Below are positions 8,164 through 18,462 of a stretch of DNA of 64,000 nt, piece after piece. Both the position numbers and the translations under genes were made by a program. The stretch lies in assembly GCA_037917685.1 (NCBI GenBank), contig JAVCBU010000006.1, positions 192,001 to 256,000 on the forward strand, read 5' to 3'. How positions within the stretch are numbered: the first letter of the stretch is position 1; each line of letters opens with the position of its first letter. The notes under the pieces are model-generated. The model was not told the origin of the DNA and did not search any database. It saw nothing but the letters and a program-made list of their open reading frames with translations. Source of the stretch: Thermoproteota archaeon (GTDB lineage Archaea; Korarchaeota; Korarchaeia; Korarchaeales; JAOZGB01).

Positions 8164-11100
8164 ACATAGTCAAGAAGACCTGTCTGTTTTCTTTTATCAG
8201 CTAATACCCTGAAATCAACATTTAACACGTCTAAGATCTGCTCAAACGTGGATTTCATTATTTCAAGATATTTTTCAACGTCTATCTCCTCCTTTCTGGC
8301 TTGGGAAAGGGGCTTAACGCCCTCTTTGCTTTTGGTTTTGACGTATTCAACTATATCTCCAGGCATAAGTTTTCTGCCTTCATAAACTTCTATCATTTTC
8401 GCAGCCTTTACGTGTTGCGGAGTTGTCTTAACATACTGTGACAACGGCTTAGATAATACCATACGGAAGGCCATATCTTCTATATTATAATCTCCGTTCC
8501 TGATCCTTGTTATGTATTCATTTAATATCTCTAGGATGGTCTGTTTTGCCCTAACAAAGTCCTCGGAACTGTTTACCTTTCTAAGAACATCTATAACATC
8601 AGTAAATGCGTGTCTAATGAGTTCAGGAACGTTTCTTTTCTTTCCTAACAGGCCTTTTATGTCAACAGTTCCATCGTCCCTAACTCCTAGATAGTTTTTC
8701 TTTAAGCTTGAAAGCAGAACGTATCTATAATGCTTATCAACTTCTATGTCTATTCCAAGCTTTTCTTCAACTATCTTTTCAAATTTTTCAATATCGGAAT
8801 CTTTAGCATTTGCTATAAATAATGAATCTGTGTTGTGAACAAGAATTAACCCCTCTGCGTCGACAAAGTTATGTGCACCTTCAACTTCGATGTCATAAAC
8901 ATATGGATGCGTCGTGTGGACTTGCTTAACATCCTCCACTATTGCTGGTAAATATGGCTTCCTATTTATGCACACTTTCAAACCGATTTTTCCACGTTCC
9001 CAATCAAATTTTACCGAGTACGAGCATTCATTGCCTAAGTTCAAACTTTTAATTAATAGGCTTAACTCTTCCGCCTTTCTAGGCTCGTCAACCTCTATGT
9101 ACGTGCCTTCCTCAATCTTACATCCTATTCCTTCGAGAAACTTGAGCTTCGTTTCATTATCAGTTTTGTAGATCCATGGTGGGACATATTTATCATATCC
9201 ATAGAATCTCTGTATAATCGCGGTTATTTCTGGTACGTTGATCTTCACGGATGTTAACTTCGAGCCTTGCGTGTAGCGGACTGATCCTTGGGGGAAGCCA
9301 TGTAGGAATCTCTGTAAAGAGGCCAATTCTGACTTGGAAATTCCTTTAAGCACTACTTCCCCATTAGAGTTGATCATCCCGCATTTATAGTATAGCCCTA
9401 GAAGCCATGCTACGCCCTTTCTGTCTAATCCTGCGACCTCAGCCGTGAAACGCTTATCTTTTGTACTTATTGGTAACATTGAAATCGACACTAGTGCGTC
9501 CCCTCTTTTGATCAATTCAGCATTAACTAATTTGATCTTACCGTTTACCCACGCGTAAACTGAATGTTGAGGTGTTACTATAGTCCGCCCTCTGTTTGTC
9601 TTAATCTCTAACAAATATCCGGTATACCTGTGCCTTATAACTCTCCTAATAGGTGCGAATACAGGTTTACCATCAATTAGCGCCAGGGCCTTTACTTCAT
9701 TTGGAGTCTTACTGTAAAGTTCATAAAGTTTACCTATTTCTAATAGCCTAATGGTCCCATCTTTCTCGAGGACTACTATTCTTCTATCATAGGGTAGACT
9801 GTCCCCATATATCACCTTTAATCCCAATTCTTTAGCAATTTCTAATGCGGTAAGCATAGCTTTACGTCCTAAGGCTGTTATCATTTCAGCGACAGGGGGA
9901 GAGTATAATGGGAAGTTCTCGTAGCCGAAGACGCCGTAAGAAGCGTTTAACATAACTTTTAAGCTGTTTTGTACTAAGTCGTACCAACGCCTCTTCTCAG
10001 ATGGTACTTTTTTACTCTTGGCCATTTTCTTATACCATTCAACTCTTAGATCTCGTAAGCCGCCGATTAAACGGTGTATAATTCCTTTATCCAAGTATGT
10101 ACATATATGATATGGAAGATCTACTATTGGTCTATTTCTCCTACATTCAGCGTGTGAGCAGTTTATGGTTTCAAAGCTCACGTTCCATCTCTTTATTACT
10201 GATGGATAAAGGCTTGCAAAGTCCATTACCCAAACATTAAAATGTATTCCTGGGGTGGGCTCAAGAACTATAGCTCCTAGATACTTTTTACCCTTTATTA
10301 TGGCTTTTGTATGTGTTTTAGAACCCTTAATTTGCATTATCTCCTTCTTATCTGGAATAAGCCAGTTTCTTCTCCTATATTCGTTGTAGATCATGCTTTG
10401 TATCCAATAAGAAATCCCTCTGCGGCTTACATCCTCAAGAGGTAGTTTACTTAGCCTTGAGAAGAGTATCAAAAGCTTTATTAGGTTTCCTTTCAGGGCC
10501 ATGCCGAGCTTATAAGTAAGATGTGCATCTTGCAAGCAGTATATAGCTAAGATTCTCTTTGAGATCTCATTAAGGTTTGTAGTCGGGAGCTCCAGTTTTC
10601 CCTCCCCCAAAATAGCTTTAGAAACGTCGTCGAGTGTGAACCCTAAATACCGGTTCTTAAATACATATACTTGAATCGAGTGATTGCTGTATAGCTTGTA
10701 AAGATCTATATGGATGCCTGTTTCCACTGTTGTACGGTCTGTCTCAATGTTAATCGGCGAAGGCTCAATCGAAAACTTAACAGCTCTCCTTGCGAGATAT
10801 GGTAGGTCGAAGTTGTCCCCGTTATATGTAAACACCACTGGAAACTTAGATATCTCCTTTAAAACCTCACGGATAAGCTCGGATTCATCGTCGTAAGTTC
10901 TAACTTCAACCCCTTCTAGATCAACATCTCCTCCTAACAGGAAAATTTTCCTTTCCCCATATGTGTTCTCCATGGCAACTGCGACGATAGGTTTACTTGC
11001 CTCTGCAACCCGTGGAATCGTTCCCGGAGCGGCAGCAACTTCTATATCTACGGAAGTTGCTGGTAGTTCAGGGGCTTCAGTGCTAAAAACTGATATGATT

Positions 11101-11675
11101 GACTTGAGAAATCTTTTGGTTTCAGGATCTTTAGATATTCTATCGGCTATCCTAAGCTCTTCGGGTGTAACCGTAACAATGGGTTTTAAACCTTCCGGGC
11201 CTATTTCATATAAGATACCAGGGATTAGGTTTCTATCGTATATGTAACAGTTATAGTATTTTATCCTTGCTTCCCAGACGTGAAATCCAGCTTCAGAGAG
11301 GAGATCCCTGATGTTTTTACCTGTCCCACCGATTGCAAGTGGATCTCTCGTTTCAACCTTAGCAAGGTCTATCTGTTTTTCTCTTAGGACATCCCACTTT
11401 TTAACGTATTCACACCCAGTAATTCTATTGTATAATTCGCTTGGGATAGTTTTAGCGATGTCGAACTTGCTTGCATCAGTAAGCAAATATGGTTTATGAT
11501 CCGTTTCATCAAGTATCGTGAATATTTCCTTTTTTACAGGGTCGTAAAACTTTAGCTTTGCTTTCCTATGTTTTCTATCATAGTAGACAGATAGTAAATA
11601 CCCTTTCCTATGTCCGTTTCTAGAGCTACGTTTGATGTTAACTTGTATATGATTCTTTAAGAATGCATTCGACAT
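8160..11675 (-). CDS. polB1: Family B DNA polymerase (PolB1 type) with one intein
   Basis: DIE and YNGDNFD exonuclease motifs; DFASLYPS, KVMLNASYG, YGD|TDS and KKNY; PolB1-like N-terminus (DPLAIGG, WEARIKY). Confidence 0.93.
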   Translation of the reverse strand: MSNAFLKNHIQVNIKRSSRNGHRKGYLLSVYYDRKHRKAKLKFYDPVKKEIFTILDETDHKPYLLTDASKFDIAKTIPSELYNRITGCEYVKKWDVLREKQIDLAKVETRDPLAIGGTGKNIRDLLSEAGFHVWEARIKYYNCYIYDRNLIPGILYEIGPEGLKPIVTVTPEELRIADRISKDPETKRFLKSIISVFSTEAPELPATSVDIEVAAAPGTIPRVAEASKPIVAVAMENTYGERKIFLLGGDVDLEGVEVRTYDDESELIREVLKEISKFPVVFTYNGDNFDLPYLARRAVKFSIEPSPINIETDRTTVETGIHIDLYKLYSNHSIQVYVFKNRYLGFTLDDVSKAILGEGKLELPTTNLNEISKRILAIYCLQDAHLTYKLGMALKGNLIKLLILFSRLSKLPLEDVSRRGISYWIQSMIYNEYRRRNWLIPDKKEIMQIKGSKTHTKAIIKGKKYLGAIVLEPTPGIHFNVWVMDFASLYPSVIKRWNVSFETINCSHAECRRNRPIVDLPYHICTYLDKGIIHRLIGGLRDLRVEWYKKMAKSKKVPSEKRRWYDLVQNSLKVMLNASYGVFGYENFPLYSPPVAEMITALGRKAMLTALEIAKELGLKVIYGDSLPYDRRIVVLEKDGTIRLLEIGKLYELYSKTPNEVKALALIDGKPVFAPIRRVIRHRYTGYLLEIKTNRGRTIVTPQHSVYAWVNGKIKLVNAELIKRGDALVSISMLPISTKDKRFTAEVAGLDRKGVAWLLGLYYKCGMINSNGEVVLKGISKSELASLQRFLHGFPQGSVRYTQGSKLTSVKINVPEITAIIQRFYGYDKYVPPWIYKTDNETKLKFLEGIGCKIEEGTYIEVDEPRKAEELSLLIKSLNLGNECSYSVKFDWERGKIGLKVCINRKPYLPAIVEDVKQVHTTHPYVYDIEVEGAHNFVDAEGLILVHNTDSLFIANAKDSDIEKFEKIVEEKLGIDIEVDKHYRYVLLSSLKKNYLGVRDDGTVDIKGLLGKKRNVPELIRHAFTDVIDVLRKVNSSEDFVRAKQTILEILNEYITRIRNGDYNIEDMAFRMVLSKPLSQYVKTTPQHVKAAKMIEVYEGRKLMPGDIVEYVKTKSKEGVKPLSQARKEEIDVEKYLEIMKSTFEQILDVLNVDFRVLADKRKQTGLLDYV
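8832..9800 (-). mobile_element. Intein (323 aa) at the YGD/TDS site with a degenerate LAGLIDADG endonuclease
   Basis: Starts SLPYD, block B TPQH, ends YDIEVEGAHNFV..ILVHN followed by Thr+1. Confidence 0.92.
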
Positions 11676-13527
11676 AGTCGTGAACCACCTTTCCGTCTAT
11701 TCTACCTCTTACTTCTTTCATTACTAGCCCCATCAAGGTATTAAACGCTTTCTTAAATTCCATTTGACTTATTTTTTCATAATTTTCTTGTATGATCCTC
11801 CGTATTATATTTTCAAGCTCTTTCTCTGTTATCTTGAGTCGCTCTGCGTATCTTCTAATATTTACTTCAGGAACCTTTACTACAGCTGCAAGCAGATCTG
11901 GAACGGCCTCTTTACCGATGATACCATCAGATACTGCCTTAAATATTTCAATTAAATGAACATCGCTAATATTTTCCACGTTTAATCCTTCTCTTGAAAG
12001 ATACTTCATGGTTTGAACCAACGTTGAACCAACAAGTGTGGGTTTAGCCCCCGTTTCCTCTATAATCTTGAAAAAGATGTGATGTTGTCCATTATCAAAT
12101 ATTTGCTCTGCTATTTCCCTGTTTACTCCTGATTCTACTATTTTCTTTAATATATCTTCAGGGTACTCGAATCTTATTGTTGAGATCTCTTTGATCAGTG
12201 ATTCGATGCTAATTGGTGGTATATCTGTCTCCGGATACATTCTGGCGGCCCCTGATATTGGTCTCATATATTTCGTGTTTCCATTTGGGAGAGCTTGCCT
12301 AGTCTCAGAAGGGATGCCCTTAAAAGCGTGCTCCAGTCTTTCACGGACTATTTCAAAGACCTTATCTACCTTTTCCTCTTCCATAAAGATTAATATGAAT
12401 GCACTATTATCACGTGGTAGCCCAACTCTTTCTTCTATTAGTCTTACCTTGTCATGGCTTATACCATATCCAGGCAACTCGTCAGAATGTATTATTCCCT
12501 TAACACCTACCGTTCTAACTATGTCCGCTATTTCCGTGCCGAATCTCCTGCCAGGTTGCAATTCCCAAGATAAAATTCCTTTAAACCCTGGAGTAGGGAT
12601 ACAGTAGGCCTTAAGTCCTCTTTTTAGGCTTCGACCTACTATCTTGGATTTAGAATCCCTGAATACATCAGTTACATCAGTATAGTAAGTGTGAAATTCT
12701 TCCTTGCTCATTCTCCTGTTAAGCTCATCCTTTATTTCGAGGAGGTTTAACTGTCTCTCTATCTCTCTCTTTACTATTAGAGGCAATAAACTTAGCTCTT
12801 GCACCCCCTTTATCTCTTGTCTCGCTCCTCCCTTAATACTTATGTTAATGTCCTGCCTTATGGTCCCAATTCCTCTTTGAACTTTCCCTGTAGCCCTTAG
12901 TAGTCTGCCGAGTTTAAGTGCGACATCTCGACACTGCTCCGGATGATGTATATCTGGTGCAGTCGCTATCTCTATTAATGGAATCCCTAACCTATCTAAT
13001 TTGTAAACCGCTGTCCCCGTTGTGCTTTCCACTATATACGCAGACTCTTCCTCCAGACATAAGGTGTTAATTCTTACGTTTCCCCATTTTGTCTTTATTA
13101 CTGAATTCTCGTTCCCTACTGCGATAAGAGCGGTCCTCTGAAATCCTGTTGTATTGCTTCCATCTATAACAACCTTACGCATAGTATGTATTTCGTCGAC
13201 TACGCTCATATTAAGCATCATTGCAACCTGTACAGCTACTTTCAGAGCCTCAGTGTTCATATCTAAAGGAGGAGACTCATCTATTTCAACCTCACATGTT
13301 GTGTCGTAATAGCCCTGGTATACAAATACTCTATTTCTAAGCTTTTCAAATTCGGCGGCGGGGTCAATTTCGCCTAGTTCGCTCATGGAAACTCTAAGTC
13401 TTCTTTTCACGGTGTACTGTGGTTCGTCCTTTCTAATAATAGAAGGACACTTACAGAAGAGCTTCCTTGTATTTAATCTTTGATGGATCTCTATTCCGAC
13501 GGTTAGGCCGAGTTCCTCATAATTCAT
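11638..13527 (-). CDS. gatE: Glu-tRNA(Gln) amidotransferase subunit E
   Basis: GIEIHQRL, DGSNTTGFQRT, GIGTIRQD and ARMYPETD motifs; start set at the ATGA overlap with gatD. Confidence 0.95.
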   Translation of the reverse strand: MNYEELGLTVGIEIHQRLNTRKLFCKCPSIIRKDEPQYTVKRRLRVSMSELGEIDPAAEFEKLRNRVFVYQGYYDTTCEVEIDESPPLDMNTEALKVAVQVAMMLNMSVVDEIHTMRKVVIDGSNTTGFQRTALIAVGNENSVIKTKWGNVRINTLCLEEESAYIVESTTGTAVYKLDRLGIPLIEIATAPDIHHPEQCRDVALKLGRLLRATGKVQRGIGTIRQDINISIKGGARQEIKGVQELSLLPLIVKREIERQLNLLEIKDELNRRMSKEEFHTYYTDVTDVFRDSKSKIVGRSLKRGLKAYCIPTPGFKGILSWELQPGRRFGTEIADIVRTVGVKGIIHSDELPGYGISHDKVRLIEERVGLPRDNSAFILIFMEEEKVDKVFEIVRERLEHAFKGIPSETRQALPNGNTKYMRPISGAARMYPETDIPPISIESLIKEISTIRFEYPEDILKKIVESGVNREIAEQIFDNGQHHIFFKIIEETGAKPTLVGSTLVQTMKYLSREGLNVENISDVHLIEIFKAVSDGIIGKEAVPDLLAAVVKVPEVNIRRYAERLKITEKELENIIRRIIQENYEKISQMEFKKAFNTLMGLVMKEVRGRIDGKVVHDYVECILKESYTS

Positions 13528-14852
13528 CTCCGACACCCTGGAGGATAGACCTCCATGCTTGTACACTCTCTTATCTCACCAACCATGTTCTGTGCCATAA
13601 GTAGTCTAATCTCATCTAAGTCTGTTGTGTGCCCCAAAATATACATTAATTTTACGAGAGCAGTTTCAGGGTGCATATCATAGGCCGGTATAGCACCTGC
13701 AGCTAGAAGCTTTCTCCCTGTGCTGTAAACCTTCATGTTTACTCTTCCGAATATGCATTGCGACGCTATAACGACGGCCACCCCTGAAGAGACTGCTTCC
13801 TCAACCTTTGGTATTATCCTGTTTGGAATATGTCCCAGCCCGGTGCCGGCTATTACTATGCCTTTATAGCCTATATTCATATAAGCATCGATAACATCAG
13901 GTTCCATCGAGGGCCATGAATATATAAGTCCAACTCTTGGCTCTAACCTCGTATCTAATTCTATTTTCCCGTCTTTTCTTTTGTTATAGTCATTTGTGAG
14001 GTATTTGATTTCCTTCTTTGTAACTACTGCTATTGGCTTATCGTTCACCGACAGAAAGGCGTCTCTTCTAGAAGTATGCATCTTTCTCGCTCTCACTCCC
14101 CGAATTACATGGCAGTACTCATCTTCTGGGGTTGCATGCATGACAATAACCGTTTCAGCGATGTTTGATTTTGCTGCGACCATTGCTGATGCTATTAAGT
14201 TTAAAACAGCGTCGCTTGACCCCCTGTCAATAGATCTTTGCGCTCCAACTAGAACTACAGGGGCCGTCTGATTTCTCAACATAAAAGATAGGGCAGCAGC
14301 AGTATAATGCATAGTATCTGTTCCATGTCCTATTATAACCCCTTTAGACCCGGAATTTATAAGTTTAGCCGTAATCTCTGCGATTTTGATCCAGTTCACT
14401 GGTGTCATATCCTCACTAAAAATACTCATTGCAGTGTAATATTCGATATCTGATATCTCCCTTAGTTCCGGTATTAAAGATTCGAGTTCATCAGGAGACT
14501 CGTAAGGTCTAACAGCTCCGGTTTCATAGTCAACCTTAGACGCTATAGTCCCCCCGGTAAACACAATAGAAATTCTCTCTTTTGAAGTAGCTCTTTTCTC
14601 AAGTTTTCTAGGCCTGGCAGGTGGAACTCCTCGGCTTAGTATTTCAATAGTAGTTTTGTCGTCTATTTTTACTCCTACATTATAACCATTGTTAAGTTTC
14701 AAAATGATGTGTCTGTCATCGAGAAGTTTAGGCCTAGGGACTAGTAGACCTTCGAAGACCGCGTTATCCTTTACAACCCTGATCCAATCGTAGTCTTTTA
14801 TCCCTAAAGCTTCCAGCCGGCTCTTAGTGTAGCCTTTATAGGATAGCATCAA
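13524..14852 (-). CDS. gatD: Glu-tRNA(Gln) amidotransferase subunit D
   Basis: TGGTIASKVDY, HGTDTM and RKMHTSRRDAF motifs. Confidence 0.95.
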   Translation of the reverse strand: MMLSYKGYTKSRLEALGIKDYDWIRVVKDNAVFEGLLVPRPKLLDDRHIILKLNNGYNVGVKIDDKTTIEILSRGVPPARPRKLEKRATSKERISIVFTGGTIASKVDYETGAVRPYESPDELESLIPELREISDIEYYTAMSIFSEDMTPVNWIKIAEITAKLINSGSKGVIIGHGTDTMHYTAAALSFMLRNQTAPVVLVGAQRSIDRGSSDAVLNLIASAMVAAKSNIAETVIVMHATPEDEYCHVIRGVRARKMHTSRRDAFLSVNDKPIAVVTKKEIKYLTNDYNKRKDGKIELDTRLEPRVGLIYSWPSMEPDVIDAYMNIGYKGIVIAGTGLGHIPNRIIPKVEEAVSSGVAVVIASQCIFGRVNMKVYSTGRKLLAAGAIPAYDMHPETALVKLMYILGHTTDLDEIRLLMAQNMVGEIRECTSMEVYPPGCRR

Positions 14853-14922
14853 GATAATATTCTATCCCTCTAAAATAAAACAATAAAACTTCAAGATGGA
14901 CGTGATAGAGAATTGAAGACTC

Positions 14923-15315
14923 TCAGTGTGCTGGCTTAAACTTATAGCCATATTGAATTATACCACTTTTTCCATCTACTGAGATTCTTCTAAACGTCAT
15001 TCTGACTTTTAGTCCTATTTTTACCTCGTCAGGGTCTATGTCGACTATCTGCCCTATAATTTTTGTTCCGTCTTTCAGCTTAATTAAACCAATTATGTAG
15101 GGGTTATGCCTCTCAAATCCCTTCGGTGGCGAATAGACTACGGTGTAACTATACACTTCACCTTCTCTAGGAAGTCTAACACGTTCAACATCGTTTGAAC
15201 CACAATTTGGACATCTTCTCCTAATAAGGGGAGTCTTATAACCACAGTTTTTGCAGATGGTCCCTTCCAACCTGTAATAATGGGGTGTGATCCTCCAATA
15301 TTTTGGAACACTCAT
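14923..15315 (-). CDS. DUF35 Zn-ribbon/OB scaffold of the thiolase-HMG-CoA synthase complex
   Basis: CxxC...CPxC plus OB fold; adjacent to thiolase and HMGS. Confidence 0.9.
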   Translation of the reverse strand: MSVPKYWRITPHYYRLEGTICKNCGYKTPLIRRRCPNCGSNDVERVRLPREGEVYSYTVVYSPPKGFERHNPYIIGLIKLKDGTKIIGQIVDIDPDEVKIGLKVRMTFRRISVDGKSGIIQYGYKFKPAH

Positions 15316-15316
15316 C

Positions 15317-16462
15317 CTAACTCACCTTTAACACGGTTACATAACAATTCGAAGCTAGTCCCCCAAGATTTAATGCTACACCAATTTTGGGATTATCGAG
15401 TTTAACACTGACTGGTGTACCTCGTAACTGTAGTGCTAACTCTGCAACTTGATACACCCCAGTAGCTCCAACAGGATGCCCTCTAGCTTTTAAACCACCC
15501 CCAAGGTTTGTGGGAATGGCTCCGTCGGGTTCGATGTCGCCATTTTCTAAGAGTTCTATACCTTTACCCCTCTCAGCAAGTCCTAACGCTTCCAGAGAGA
15601 GTATCCCCATTATTGTGAACGCATCATGAGCCTCCACCGTGTCTATGTCTTCTGGTCTAATATTTGCCATGTCGTATGCTCTCTTTGCTGCCAGTTTAGC
15701 GCCGGTTAGTGTCAACAAGTCTTCTCTGAGAAAGCTTTGAAATTTATCCGTGGCCATCCCTATCCCTGCTACTTCTACTGGATGACTCTCCGATTCTTCA
15801 CCGCTAAGAATGAGCGCTGCGGCTCCATCGCCCACGGGGGAACAGTCCATGAACCTTATAGGCTTTGAAATCCACTGGGATGACAGATATTTCTCCATGG
15901 TTATCTCGAATCTTAATTGTGCATAAGGGTTCTTAGTAGCATTCTTATGCATCTGGATGCTCCAAAGCCCGTAGTCTTCAGGTTTGACGTTGAATTCATA
16001 ACTATACCTTTCCATAATTAAAGCGTTCAAAGCTGTAAACGAGACTCCGTGGTAAAGCTCATATTCGGAGTCTGCAGCTGTGGCCAAAGCTCTTGTAATT
16101 CCTTCAACTGATGTTTCATCACTCATTTTTTCAACTCCGACAACGGCGACGTTTTTGAACATTCCAGATTTTATAGATATGAAGGCTGATGCTATAGCTG
16201 CGGCTCCTGAAGCGCAGGCTGCTTCAACCTTAAAGGCGGGTGTACCATAAAGGCCCGCGTAGCTTACTACCAGTGAAGCAAGATTTTCCTGGTTATTCAC
16301 TATTCCTGATAACATGTTTCCAACAAAAACAGCGTCAACGTTCTCTATTCTTGCATCGTTGAGTGCTATCCTTAACGCTTCTGATGCAAGTTCAGATATA
16401 GTTGTATCCCAGTGTTCATCTATTTTTGTCATCCCGATCCCTGTTATGTAAACATTAACCAT
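15317..16462 (-). CDS. acaB: Acetoacetyl-CoA thiolase
   Basis: EAACASG, HDAF and GHPVGATG motifs. Confidence 0.92.
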   Translation of the reverse strand: MVNVYITGIGMTKIDEHWDTTISELASEALRIALNDARIENVDAVFVGNMLSGIVNNQENLASLVVSYAGLYGTPAFKVEAACASGAAAIASAFISIKSGMFKNVAVVGVEKMSDETSVEGITRALATAADSEYELYHGVSFTALNALIMERYSYEFNVKPEDYGLWSIQMHKNATKNPYAQLRFEITMEKYLSSQWISKPIRFMDCSPVGDGAAALILSGEESESHPVEVAGIGMATDKFQSFLREDLLTLTGAKLAAKRAYDMANIRPEDIDTVEAHDAFTIMGILSLEALGLAERGKGIELLENGDIEPDGAIPTNLGGGLKARGHPVGATGVYQVAELALQLRGTPVSVKLDNPKIGVALNLGGLASNCYVTVLKVS

Positions 16463-16468
16463 AAGGTA

Positions 16469-17536
16469 TCACCTTTCATTGAATCTAATCATACCCCTAT
16501 ATTTCAGGTATGTTGCATAATCGACTGTAACAAAGTAGTCAATGTACTCGTCTACCCTTGGAGCTAAATTCTTCTTCTCCTCTACCCCATCTTTTACTTC
16601 GATATGTAATGCGTCACTACCAGCTCCGGATCCGAAAGAGCAGAATAATATTTTATCTCCTGGTTTAGCGTTGTCAAGTACTCTAGCCAGGCCTAGTAGA
16701 GCTGACCCGCTATATGTGTTTCCAATTCTATCCACGACAATAGACTCCTTAACCTGTGCTACACTGAATCCTAATTTACATGCAACTTTAACAGGGAACT
16801 TACCGTTTGGTTGATGAAAAACAGCATAATCATAATCTTCGGGTCGGGTGCCCATCTCTTTCATTAAACGGCTGCTTGCTTCAATTATATGCTTCATGTA
16901 TGCGGGTTCTTTAGTAAACGTGCGCCCATGGGATGGATATGGTTGCTCTGCTCTTCTCCAAAAGTCTATAGTATCTGTAACATAAGAATAAGTTGCTACG
17001 ATCTCAGCGGCAAATTCGCTCTTATTTGAACCAACGATATACGCCGCTCCTCCAGCAGAGGCGGTATAATCCAAGTCATCCCCAGGCTCCCCCTGTGCGG
17101 TATCAGAGCCTATGGCCATGCCATATTCAACCATCCCTGACGATACTAGCCCTATTGTTGTTTGTAAAGCTTCAGTTCCAGCCTTACATGCGAACTCATA
17201 ATCCGCAGCTAAGACCTGTGGTGTCGCTCCAACAACTTCGGCAACTATGGTACTTCCGGGTTTTACCGCGTAAGGTTTTGATTCACTACCTACAAAGACG
17301 CAGCCTATCTTGTCAGGGGAAAGTTTGGACCTCTTTATGGCGTTTGTAGCTGCTTCGACAGCGATTGTGATCATATCCTCATCATAGGACGGCACGGATT
17401 TCATCTCAACCTGTAAGGCCTTGGCCATATTGTTCATTCCTCCATTCCAGACTCTAGCTATTTCTTCAGCTTTGAGTCTATACCGTGGTATGTACACTCC
17501 CCAACCTACTATTCCTACAGGCTTTGATGGTTTCAT
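16469..17536 (-). CDS. mvaS: Hydroxymethylglutaryl-CoA synthase
   Basis: GSES, EFACKAGT, FHQPN, GNTYSG and SFGSGAGS motifs. Confidence 0.93.
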   Translation of the reverse strand: MKPSKPVGIVGWGVYIPRYRLKAEEIARVWNGGMNNMAKALQVEMKSVPSYDEDMITIAVEAATNAIKRSKLSPDKIGCVFVGSESKPYAVKPGSTIVAEVVGATPQVLAADYEFACKAGTEALQTTIGLVSSGMVEYGMAIGSDTAQGEPGDDLDYTASAGGAAYIVGSNKSEFAAEIVATYSYVTDTIDFWRRAEQPYPSHGRTFTKEPAYMKHIIEASSRLMKEMGTRPEDYDYAVFHQPNGKFPVKVACKLGFSVAQVKESIVVDRIGNTYSGSALLGLARVLDNAKPGDKILFCSFGSGAGSDALHIEVKDGVEEKKNLAPRVDEYIDYFVTVDYATYLKYRGMIRFNER

Positions 17537-17672
17537 ACTATCACCATGCTTTCTGATAATAGGTGTAATAGTCTATATCGATGGGAATATTGGTGGGATC
17601 ATGACATGGTTTATGTCCGATTCAGGGTCACTAATACTCTAGCCTTTTAAATAAAAATATTTCGCTGTTCGT

Positions 17673-18407
17673 CTATCCAGCTAAACCCCTCATCCTATTA
17701 ATTATCTCCTCGACGCTTTCTGCTTTTGAAAGTATGAACGGAATTTTCATAATCTTAGCAAGCTCTATGGCTAGCTCATCAGCGTTCTCTGTCCCATGGA
17801 TGACTACTGCGCAAGGTTTGATGTTCACAACCTTTAGTGCAATCATCGGAGATCTACCAGTTGTGACTCTTGTAAATATCAAAGCCCTTTCTGTTGTCAT
17901 ACCGAAAAGCTGCATGAAATCATTAAAACCAGCAAGCCTCTTTATCGCCTCTATACTGTCTATTATCGTGTATCCGTACATAAATTCGTTCAAATATTCA
18001 TTTCCGTATAATACTTCACCCTTAACCCTATCAACAAGTTCCTCTACTGACATAGGAGTTGCAAATTCTTTAATATCTACTATTCCTATAAGGGTTGAGC
18101 TCAAGCCTGTCGTCTTTGATAGAAGCGCTATTGTATTTCCCCCTCTATCCTCGTCCACCTTTATAAGAGTCTCGATGAACCTTCTTAACACTAGAGAACC
18201 CGGGCTCTTCCTCCGTCCGGATTCATAGTCAGAAATTACCGAAGGTGAGACATTTAATAGAGAAGCTAGTTGACTTTGCTTTATCCCAAAAAACTCCCTC
18301 CACTTCCGCATGGCTAGACCTATATTTTGTGAGAAAAGTATATCTCCTGCTATCTTTTTAGCAACCATCTCACGGATTATCCGACCATGTTGCTCCTTAA
18401 TTTCCAT
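17673..18407 (-). CDS. XRE-family HTH regulator with a DRTGG-like C-terminal domain
   Basis: SPSVISDYESGRRKSPG and TTGRSPMIA motifs. Confidence 0.85.
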   Translation of the reverse strand: MEIKEQHGRIIREMVAKKIAGDILFSQNIGLAMRKWREFFGIKQSQLASLLNVSPSVISDYESGRRKSPGSLVLRRFIETLIKVDEDRGGNTIALLSKTTGLSSTLIGIVDIKEFATPMSVEELVDRVKGEVLYGNEYLNEFMYGYTIIDSIEAIKRLAGFNDFMQLFGMTTERALIFTRVTTGRSPMIALKVVNIKPCAVVIHGTENADELAIELAKIMKIPFILSKAESVEEIINRMRGLAG

Positions 18408-18462
18408 ACCGCTCTTAAATTAGCTGTCGAATATCCTTTATAAAATTTATTAGTAATAGTCG

